A stretch of 64,000 nt of DNA from an uncultured Acidobacteriota bacterium (GTDB taxonomy: Bacteria; Acidobacteriota; Vicinamibacteria; Fen-336). The notes under the pieces are model-generated. The model worked only from the letters and a program-made list of their open reading frames with translations, made no database searches and was not told the origin of the DNA. The DNA is taken from the NCBI GenBank assembly GCA_964442185.1, contig CAYTWT010000331.1, forward strand, positions 156-64,155, read 5' to 3'. Below, piece by piece: positions 57,027-64,000 of the stretch. A program made the translations under genes and the position numbers. Positions within the stretch are counted from its first letter, which is position 1. Each line of letters opens with the position of its first letter.

Positions 57027-58457
57027 ATGTCCTTCTTCGAGCGCAGTCTGGGCCGCACGCGGCCCATCCTTTTCCTGCTTCGCAACAACACGAGCCTGGC
57101 CGGGGCGGCGCTCACGACGGCCGCCAGCCTGACCCTGATCCTGTTCTGGGTGCTGTCGCTCGCGCGTGGCGGGCATGCCCACACTTACGGCGGGCTGCTC
57201 TTCATCGTCATCCTGCCGACCCTGTTTCTGCTGGGCCTGGTGCTGATTCCCATCGGCATGTTGCGTCGCTTTCGCGAGTTGCGGCGCACGCGCGAGTTAC
57301 CCGCCGAGTACCCGCCCTTGGACCTGCGGGATCCGCTGCTGGCCCGCGCCGGCTCGCTGTTCTTCGTGCTCACCTTCGCAAACTTCGGGATCCTGGGCGT
57401 GTCGTCCTATCACGGCCTCGAGTACATGGACTCGACGGAGTTCTGCGGCCTGAGCTGCCACACGGTGATGGCCCCCGAATACGCCGCCTACTTGAACTCG
57501 CCCCACTCGCGAGTGGCGTGCGTCGAGTGCCACATCGGGCCGGGCGCTGGGTGGTTCGTGCGCTCCAAGCTCGACGGCACGCGCCAGGTGATCGCCGTCG
57601 CTCTGGGCACGTACTCGCGGCCGATCCCGTCGCCCGTCGAGCACCTGCGGCCCGCGCGCGAGACGTGCGAGCAGTGCCACTGGCCCCAGAAGTTCCACGG
57701 CGACCGGCTGGTGGTGCGGAAGAAGTACGCCGACGACGAGAACAACAGCGAGACCGTGACGGCCCTGGTGCTGAAGGTCGGCGGCCAGGACGCCCGCGGC
57801 AACCGCGGCATCCACGGGCGTCACCTGGACGACGGGTCGCGCATCACCTACCTGGCCGACGCCCGGCGCGAGACCATCCCCTGGGTGAGCTACGTGGACG
57901 ACTCGGGCCAGAGCGTCGAGTACGTCGCGGGCGATGGCAAGCCGCCCGAAGGCGAGCGCCGCCAGATGGACTGCGTCGACTGCCACAACCGGCCGACCCA
58001 CGCGTTCCAGCTGCCGGAGCGCGCGGTCGACGAGGCGCTGGCCGCGGGCCGCATGAGCCCGCGCCTGCCGTGGCTCAAGAAGCAGGCCGTGGCCCTGTTG
58101 CGCGCCGAGTACCCGGATCAGGAGACGGCCCTGAGGCGCATCCCCGAGGGCCTCGACCGTTACTACCGCGAGCAGCACGCCGAGGTGTACGCGAAGGAGC
58201 GCGCCCTCGTCGAGCAGGCGGGGAAGGCCGCGGCGGCGATCTACGGCCGTAACGTGTTCCCGAACATGAAGGTCACCTGGGGCACCCATCCGAACCACAT
58301 CGGCCACCAGGACTTTGCCGGCTGCTTCCGCTGCCACGACGACAATCACAAGAGCCGGGATGGCCGGGTGATCAGCCAGGACTGCAACGCCTGCCACAGC
58401 ATCCTGGCCATGGACGAGAGCGACCCGAAGGTCCTGGCCGACCTCGGGCTCAAGTAG
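57027..58457 (+). CDS. imcH: ImcH-like NapC/NirT-domain inner-membrane multiheme cytochrome (6 heme motifs)
   Basis: Three N-terminal TMs; FCGLSCHTVM.PEY, SPHSRVACVECHIGPGA.WFV.SKL, LRPARETCEQCHWP, CVDCHNRP.H, CFRCH, CNACH. Confidence 0.8.
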   Translation: MSFFERSLGRTRPILFLLRNNTSLAGAALTTAASLTLILFWVLSLARGGHAHTYGGLLFIVILPTLFLLGLVLIPIGMLRRFRELRRTRELPAEYPPLDLRDPLLARAGSLFFVLTFANFGILGVSSYHGLEYMDSTEFCGLSCHTVMAPEYAAYLNSPHSRVACVECHIGPGAGWFVRSKLDGTRQVIAVALGTYSRPIPSPVEHLRPARETCEQCHWPQKFHGDRLVVRKKYADDENNSETVTALVLKVGGQDARGNRGIHGRHLDDGSRITYLADARRETIPWVSYVDDSGQSVEYVAGDGKPPEGERRQMDCVDCHNRPTHAFQLPERAVDEALAAGRMSPRLPWLKKQAVALLRAEYPDQETALRRIPEGLDRYYREQHAEVYAKERALVEQAGKAAAAIYGRNVFPNMKVTWGTHPNHIGHQDFAGCFRCHDDNHKSRDGRVISQDCNACHSILAMDESDPKVLADLGLK

Positions 58458-58479
58458 TCGAAGAGCTGGCGTCGGCCGT

Positions 58480-58518
58480 AGCCGTCGTCGGGGCGCGTCC
58501 GCCGACCCAGGCACGGCT
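58480..58518. terminator. Hairpin between convergent imcH-like and DUF2339-like genes
   Basis: AGCCGT/ACGGCT outer and GTCGG/CCGAC inner arms; no U-tract. Confidence 0.3.
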
Positions 58519-58541
58519 CATCGGCGAAAGGCTATCTCACC

Positions 58542-60290
58542 TCATTCGCTCCGGCGCAGCAGCCGTGGCGCCGCGATCAGCGCGGCGCCGTAGACGACGA
58601 AGCTCAAGAAGAGTGCGGCGGCGCGGCCCGCGGGCAGGTCCTCCGCCAGCAGCTTCAGCCCGCCCAGGGCGAGGAGCGGATAGACGAGCCAGCCCAGCTC
58701 GACGAGGGCGAAGCGGCGACTGGCCGCGGCCAGGCCCACGGCCAGCATCGCGAGCGCGCCGCTGCGGAGCGTCGCGACGGCGGCGGGCCGCCCTGCAACG
58801 CCTAGCAACTGCGCGGCCTCGGCGACGAGGAGCCCCGCGACCAGCCAAGCAGAAAGGGCGGCCGCGACAGCATGGGGGAGGCGCTTCCAGCCGCTGATGG
58901 CGCGATCTGCCGCCAGCACCCGGTAGCACGCCAGGGCAGCTGCCGCGCTGAACCAACCGAAAACCTCTAGGAACTCGACCCGGGGTGCACTGAGGAGGTC
59001 GCGGGTCGCCGTGCCCAAGGCGCCGCTCGAAACGACCGCTGCACAGAGGAAGACGACACCGTGGGCGCGCAGCGTCATGCGATCGAGGCTGCGTCCCAAC
59101 CACACGCCGGCCAGGCCCAGCCCCGACCACACAAGGGCGCGGCCGCCGGCCCCGAGCAGCACGCTGCTCTCGAGCAGGACCAGCACGCCACCCGCGGTCG
59201 AGTAGAAGTAGAAGTTCCTCGCCTGCCCGAGCCGCCGCTCGACGTAGACGAAGGCGACGGCGTAGCCGAGGAGGCCGAGCAGGGAACCTGCGAGGCCGAG
59301 CGCCAGCCCCGAGCCACCGCTGGCCGCCCAGATCCGCTCTGCGCCAAGGAACCCGAGGGCCAGGGCCGCGCTTCCCTGCATCACGTCGAAGGTCCCCACG
59401 GCCCGCTCGAGCCGCAAGGTTCGCGTCGCGATGCTGATGAGGTACACGGCAGGTAGGGCGAGGGCGCCCGCGGCCGCGGCGACGGGGTGGATGGGCGGGT
59501 AACCCTCGGGGAGGCCCGACGGGCGGCCCGCGAGCCAGGCCAGCACGAGTACAGCCACATCCAGGGCCAGCGCCGGCACGAAGCGGAGGCCGGGCCACGG
59601 GCCGTGGAGCGCGACGGCCTCGACCAGCGCGGCGATCGTGAGCAGCGCGAGAATCGCGGGGAGCAGCTCCTGCGTCGCGACCAGCAGCGCCGCGGCCGTC
59701 ACGACGGCCACGCAGGTCCCGGTCCAGAGCAGCAACCACAAACGGTGGCGCGTCGCCACGGCCGCTCCCGCCGCGAACACTCCGACGAGGGCCGCGAGTG
59801 CTCCGGAAGGCGCCAGGATCCCGAGCCGCGTGCTCGTCTCCCACAGAAGCGGATAGGCGATGAGAACGGACGCGAGAGCGTGGAAGTCGGCCCGCAGCGT
59901 CTGGCCGCCAGCCGCCGCCCGGTCGGCCAACAGCGTGAAGAGAAGGGCATAGGCGAGCCCGAGTGCGACGCCGCCTATGGGCGATAGCATCCCGGCGTCG
60001 GTCAGCGCCCGGATCAGATAGGCGCCGGCCAGCGCCAGGACCGTTTGCCCGGACAGCGCGAGCAACCCGGGGCCAGAGTCGGCGGCCGGCAAACCCTCAG
60101 CCGACGTGGCTCGGGCTCTGGCGGGAGCCGCCTCGAGCAGCGCTTCGGCTGTCACCGCTGGCGCGGGGACGGCCGCCGCGGGGGCGAGACTGCTCGCGGC
60201 CTCGATGGCGCCCACACGCGCCGCGACGCGGGCAAGCTCCTGCTCCAGGGCTGCGAGCCGCACCTCGGTCGGGTCGAGCGGGTTCCGCAT
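58542..60290 (-). CDS. Polytopic membrane protein (DUF2339-like)
   Basis: N-terminal coiled coil (RLAALEQELARV), Pro/Ala linker, G..VLALAGAYLIR, YPLLWE, about 17 hydrophobic segments. Confidence 0.6.
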   Translation of the reverse strand: MRNPLDPTEVRLAALEQELARVAARVGAIEAASSLAPAAAVPAPAVTAEALLEAAPARARATSAEGLPAADSGPGLLALSGQTVLALAGAYLIRALTDAGMLSPIGGVALGLAYALLFTLLADRAAAGGQTLRADFHALASVLIAYPLLWETSTRLGILAPSGALAALVGVFAAGAAVATRHRLWLLLWTGTCVAVVTAAALLVATQELLPAILALLTIAALVEAVALHGPWPGLRFVPALALDVAVLVLAWLAGRPSGLPEGYPPIHPVAAAAGALALPAVYLISIATRTLRLERAVGTFDVMQGSAALALGFLGAERIWAASGGSGLALGLAGSLLGLLGYAVAFVYVERRLGQARNFYFYSTAGGVLVLLESSVLLGAGGRALVWSGLGLAGVWLGRSLDRMTLRAHGVVFLCAAVVSSGALGTATRDLLSAPRVEFLEVFGWFSAAAALACYRVLAADRAISGWKRLPHAVAAALSAWLVAGLLVAEAAQLLGVAGRPAAVATLRSGALAMLAVGLAAASRRFALVELGWLVYPLLALGGLKLLAEDLPAGRAAALFLSFVVYGAALIAAPRLLRRSE

Positions 60291-60353
60291 CAGTCATCCT
60301 CCGCGGGGGCGCCGCCTAGATCGCCCCGGCGCACTGGGCGGTCTGGAGGGCCC

Positions 60354-61544
60354 TCAGGCCTCCGCGCTCACGCCACCCTCTGCCGCCTTCGGCCACGGAG
60401 GCAGCAGCTTGACGAGGCCCCACAGGATCACCAGCGGCAGGAGGAGCAGGATCAGCGCCGGCAACAGCCCCTCGCGGGTCGCAAAGGCCATCTTGTACGA
60501 TGTGTACCCAAGGTAGCTCTTCGAGAAGAGCTGTCCGCCGATCACCACGTTCCAGCGCATCGCAAAGATGCCGACCAGGGTCAGGATGCCGGCGAGGCCG
60601 TACAGGTGGACCCGGTCGCGCTCCGCCAGGCGCACCACCTGTACGAAGGCGAGGATCGCGATGGGCGCCAGCGTGCCGAGGACGATCTGCAGGATCACCT
60701 GCGAGCCATAAAGGCGCGTGTGCACCATGAAGTCGAGGGACTTGAAGGACTCGTCGGCCTCGTAGATGCGGTGGAGCAAGTCCAGCATCTCGAGGGAGAA
60801 GTCGATGACGAAGGCGTAGAGCAGGTAGCGGGCGATGGTGTCGACGCACTCCATCTGGATCGCCTCCCGTTTGGCCCACGAGACGAGCATGTACATGAGC
60901 AGGACCAGGGCGATCCCCGAAACGATCGCCGAGAACAGGAACACGATGGGCATGAGGGGCGTCGACCACCACGGGTTCGCCTTGATCGAGCCGAAGATGA
61001 AGCCCACGTATCCGTGGAGCAGGAAGGCCGAGGGGACCCCCACCAGCGTGACGAGCCAGCCGACGCGCTCGTCGACTTTCAGCGCCCCTTCGCTGATGTT
61101 GTCGGAGCCCAGCGTGAGCAGCCGGTAGACGCTCCGCAGCGCTCCGCTGCTGCTGCGCGAGAGCAGCACGATGTCCTTGCGGTAGTCGAGCCAGATCTCC
61201 AGGAGCAGCACGACCATCAGGTACCAGAGATAGACGAAGCCGAACATCGCCATCGCCGACGAGGTGTGCGGCGTCAGGTACATCTCCAGGGAGCGTTCGG
61301 GGTGACCCAGGTGCAGTTGCAGCGGCAGCGGGGCCACCAGCATGAACGCGAGCGCCGTCAGCAGCGAGAGCCGGTAGGTGGGCTTCACGGCCTCTACCTT
61401 GAAGACGCGCTCGAGCGAAGCCAGGATGAACGCCCCGGCCACGAGCCCGGTGATGAAGGGATACAGCACGATCAGGACGCTCCACTGGAGCTCCAGTTCG
61501 TTCGGGTACATGTAGCCGTCGACGCCTGAGATCAGGCCCTGCAT
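60354..61544 (-). CDS. nrfD: NrfD/PsrC-family quinone-interacting membrane subunit (CbcU-like)
   Basis: WSVLIVLYPFITGLVAG, HLGHPER, HGYVGFIF, NPWWSTP, MRWNVVIGGQ. Confidence 0.9.
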   Translation of the reverse strand: MQGLISGVDGYMYPNELELQWSVLIVLYPFITGLVAGAFILASLERVFKVEAVKPTYRLSLLTALAFMLVAPLPLQLHLGHPERSLEMYLTPHTSSAMAMFGFVYLWYLMVVLLLEIWLDYRKDIVLLSRSSSGALRSVYRLLTLGSDNISEGALKVDERVGWLVTLVGVPSAFLLHGYVGFIFGSIKANPWWSTPLMPIVFLFSAIVSGIALVLLMYMLVSWAKREAIQMECVDTIARYLLYAFVIDFSLEMLDLLHRIYEADESFKSLDFMVHTRLYGSQVILQIVLGTLAPIAILAFVQVVRLAERDRVHLYGLAGILTLVGIFAMRWNVVIGGQLFSKSYLGYTSYKMAFATREGLLPALILLLLPLVILWGLVKLLPPWPKAAEGGVSAEA

Positions 61545-61553
61545 CGCTTCACC

Positions 61554-62315
61554 TCACCGCACGGAGCCGTCGAGGCCGTTGTAGTAGACCTTGGCGCCAG
61601 TGGCCATTTGCGGCTTCAGCACCTGGATCATGTGGGTGCGCAGGTACTCGTGGACCGGATCGTTCGGGTCCTTCAGGTCGACCAGGGTGCGGGCAGCTGT
61701 GGGGCAGGTCTCGCAGCAGGCCGTGGTGAGCCCCTTCGTGATGCGGTGGTAGCACAGCGAGCACTTGTCCACCGTCTGGGAGTTGGGATCGATGAAACGG
61801 CAGCCGTACGGGCAGGCATGGACGCAGTAGCGGCAGCCGAGGCAGTACTTCTTGTCCACCAGCACCACGCCGTCGGGGCTCTCGAAGGTGGCGCCCACGG
61901 GGCAGACCTGAACGCAGGGCGAGTGCGCGCAGTGGTTGCATAGCTTGGGCACGAAGAAGTTCTTCGAGCCGTCGCCCGAGCGGTACTTCTCCCGGAAGCC
62001 GTCGTAGCCTCCGTTGGGCGAGTCCACCTCCGGGTGCTCGATGTCGGCGCCGGGGACGTGGTAGCGCTCGACCCAGGTGCGGAAGTAGAAAGGATCCTTC
62101 GGGACGCCGTTCTCCTCCTTGCAGGCCTGCACGCAGTTGCCGCATCCGATGCACGCCTCCACGTCGATGATCATTCCCCACCAATGGTCGGTGGCCGTGT
62201 AATTCGGAGCCGCCGTCGGCTCGCCGGCCAGCACGTGCTCGAGCGCCGCGCTGGCCGCGCCGGTGAGGAGCAGGAACTTGCCACCCTGGATCAGGAACTC
62301 CCTGCGATCGCTCAT
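61554..62315 (-). CDS. Tat-exported 4x[4Fe-4S] protein (NrfC/TtrB/CbcT-like)
   Basis: DRREFL twin-arginine signal; CIGCGNC..AC, CNHC..SPCV.VCP, CLGCRYC..ACPY, KCSLC...CC.TCP. Confidence 0.92.
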   Translation of the reverse strand: MSDRREFLIQGGKFLLLTGAASAALEHVLAGEPTAAPNYTATDHWWGMIIDVEACIGCGNCVQACKEENGVPKDPFYFRTWVERYHVPGADIEHPEVDSPNGGYDGFREKYRSGDGSKNFFVPKLCNHCAHSPCVQVCPVGATFESPDGVVLVDKKYCLGCRYCVHACPYGCRFIDPNSQTVDKCSLCYHRITKGLTTACCETCPTAARTLVDLKDPNDPVHEYLRTHMIQVLKPQMATGAKVYYNGLDGSVR

Positions 62316-62325
62316 CGGCTCTCCC

Positions 62326-62787
62326 TCAGAGCTTCGGCGAATGGGGCTTGTGACATTCGAGGCAGGTCCCCGGCTCCGCGTGGTCCTTCGGGCTCACCTG
62401 CGGGAAGCCTGCGGGCTTTGCCACGTTCGACGCATGACAGGTGAGGCACAGTGCGGCCGTGGGCCGGGCGGGCTTGCCGGCCGACTCGTCACCGGCGGCG
62501 TGACGCGCCAGGGCGCCGTGGCAGGCCTCGCACGAAACCCGCTCGTGCTTGCTCTTCTTGCGGGCCTCTACAACGTCTGCGTGGCAGTCCTCACAGACGG
62601 CATGCCCCGCGAAGGACACCGGCCGTGCGCGGTTCTCCTCCAGGGAGTCGGCCCGATAGTGGCCGTACAGCCCGAAGCTCGCGGGGACGAGGAAGGCCTT
62701 GAGCACCAAGAAGACGACCAGGCCGGCCGCGAACAGGCCCAAGACCCGGAGGAGATGCTCGTAGTCCCCGAAGCGGTCTCCCTTCAT
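62326..62787 (-). CDS. Membrane-anchored tetraheme cytochrome c (CbcS-like)
   Basis: N-terminal TM, P.SFG.YGHYR; CEDCH, CEACH, CLTCH, CLECH; ATG 62787. Confidence 0.85.
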   Translation of the reverse strand: MKGDRFGDYEHLLRVLGLFAAGLVVFLVLKAFLVPASFGLYGHYRADSLEENRARPVSFAGHAVCEDCHADVVEARKKSKHERVSCEACHGALARHAAGDESAGKPARPTAALCLTCHASNVAKPAGFPQVSPKDHAEPGTCLECHKPHSPKL

Positions 62788-63047
62788 GCAGTCCCTCCAG
62801 AACCGACTTGGGTTTCGCGGTGCAAGATCCGTGCGCACCATGAACACGAGCAGCGCGGCTGTAGCGCGCACCCCGCGGAGCAGGAGCTGCGCCCCTCGCA
62901 CTGTGCGGCGCAAGGAGTGCGCGCTCGTCTGTCGCCAGGGCGGGGGGAAATGCAGGGCGTTGCTCGAAGAGCGCTGGGCGGAGCCTGCCGTCGCCGAGCA
63001 GCCGTAGGCCGTAGCCACCCCGTGCCGTCATGCGAGAATGGCGAGCG

Positions 63048-64000
63048 ATGCGGCGCGTCCTCTACGCCACGCTGCTGTGCTTCGCGGCAGCGACGCTTGC
63101 CTGTTCCCGCCCGGCTCGGATCGAGCGCGTCGTGCTGCTCGGCTTCGACGGCGCCGCGCCCAACCTGATCGAGCCGCTCGTGGCGCGGGGCAAGCTGCCG
63201 GCCCTGAACAGACTCATGGCAACGGGCGCCTACGGCCACCTCGGCAGCTTCGCACCGAACAAGAGCGGCATCCTGTGGACCTCGATCGCGACCGGCAAGT
63301 CGATGCTGAAGCACGGCATCGTGGACTGGACCTACGTGAATCGGCAGGGCCTCACGGTGCCGTACGAGGATCGCGGCAGACGCGTGAAGACGTACTGGGA
63401 GATCCTCTCGGAACGAGGCATCACGACGGGTACGATCAACTGGTGGATCTCCTACCCGCCGCCGCCGCTGCGGAACGCTTTCATCGTCAGCAACGCCTTC
63501 AAGCGCGACCAGCGCCCCGACTCGGTGCATCCCGCCTCGCTCTTCGCGGAGCTGAGCGGCCTGCGCGTGCCGTTCCCCTCGGGCGTCGACGCCGAAAGGC
63601 GCCGCGAGGGTTTTCCCGAGTGGCGTGAAGAGGACGCGACCGTGCCGCTGCACGGGGCCCGGGCGATCCTGAGGTCGTACCCGTTCTACATCGCGCAGGA
63701 CCTGACCATCGATCGCGTGAGCGACGCACTCTTCGCGAAGCGCCCCGTCCAGGTGTTCTCGACCTATTTCCGGCTGGTGGACGTGACGAGCCACTTCGCG
63801 ACGCATTTCCTCGATCCGAAGCTGTACGCCGAGGTCGTCGCGAAGGACCAGGCCGGCACGCTCTCGGCCGAGGACGCTGCGCGCCTCGACGCGGACTTCG
63901 CACGCGTCACACTGCCGGTCTACGCGTTCATGGACAGGACGGTCGCCAAGTATCTCGACCGCATCGACGACAAGACGCTGCTGGTGGTGTGTTCCGATCA
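63048..64000 (+). CDS. Alkaline phosphatase / nucleotide pyrophosphatase family lipoprotein, 5' part (runs off window; not in ORF track)
   Basis: Read from sequence: MRRVLYATLLCFAAATLACS lipobox, VVLLGFDGA, GKLPAL..L...G, WTSIATGK...HGI.DW. Confidence 0.8.
   Translation, partial: MRRVLYATLLCFAAATLACSRPARIERVVLLGFDGAAPNLIEPLVARGKLPALNRLMATGAYGHLGSFAPNKSGILWTSIATGKSMLKHGIVDWTYVNRQGLTVPYEDRGRRVKTYWEILSERGITTGTINWWISYPPPPLRNAFIVSNAFKRDQRPDSVHPASLFAELSGLRVPFPSGVDAERRREGFPEWREEDATVPLHGARAILRSYPFYIAQDLTIDRVSDALFAKRPVQVFSTYFRLVDVTSHFATHFLDPKLYAEVVAKDQAGTLSAEDAARLDADFARVTLPVYAFMDRTVAKYLDRIDDKTLLVVCSD

Noticed and set aside
62818-62840. sigma54-like GCGCACGGATCTTGCA (minus strand) upstream of the tetraheme gene
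   Set aside because: The -12 TTGCA is good, but the invariant -24 GG reads CG.
58475-63016. Recurring GCCGTAG words in intergenic gaps (43429, 58475, 63001) as a REP-like family
   Set aside because: They are too short and GC-rich, and the flanking hairpins do not share sequence.

Overview
High-GC (roughly 70% by eye) diderm bacterial chromosome segment. Protein style and gene order suggest Acidobacteriota (Vicinamibacteria-like), but this is inference only. Bases 1-50 kb are mostly housekeeping and envelope genes: larE, tatA, pal, gmhA, uvrA, rlmN, hemLB, tilS-hpt-ftsH-folP-cdaA-cdaR-glmM-pdxJ, pyrE-truA-uppS-cdsA-dxr-rseP and korAB. This part also has two tRNAs (Arg-CCG, Met-CAT), a decayed tRNA-anchored islet (integrase fragment plus an intact TacAT toxin-antitoxin pair) and a vapB-vapC deletion fusion. 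The most striking region is 50.7-62.8 kb, a compact extracellular-electron-transfer-like cluster carrying 32 heme-c binding motifs. It has an MtrB/PioB porin plus decaheme MtrA/DmsE with no MtrC in the window. It also has three different inner-membrane quinone-linked modules (CbcBA/CbcL-like 11-heme plus cytochrome b; ImcH-like hexaheme behind a sigma54-type promoter with a small monoheme cytochrome; CbcSTU-like tetraheme/4Fe-4S/NrfD). Other notable items are a LysW-like carrier with a non-canonical C-terminus coupled to LarE, an unlisted 54-aa 8-Cys protein, and a recurring leaderless-promoter architecture. No CRISPR array or rRNA was seen. All calls come from motif reading, and no database searches were run.
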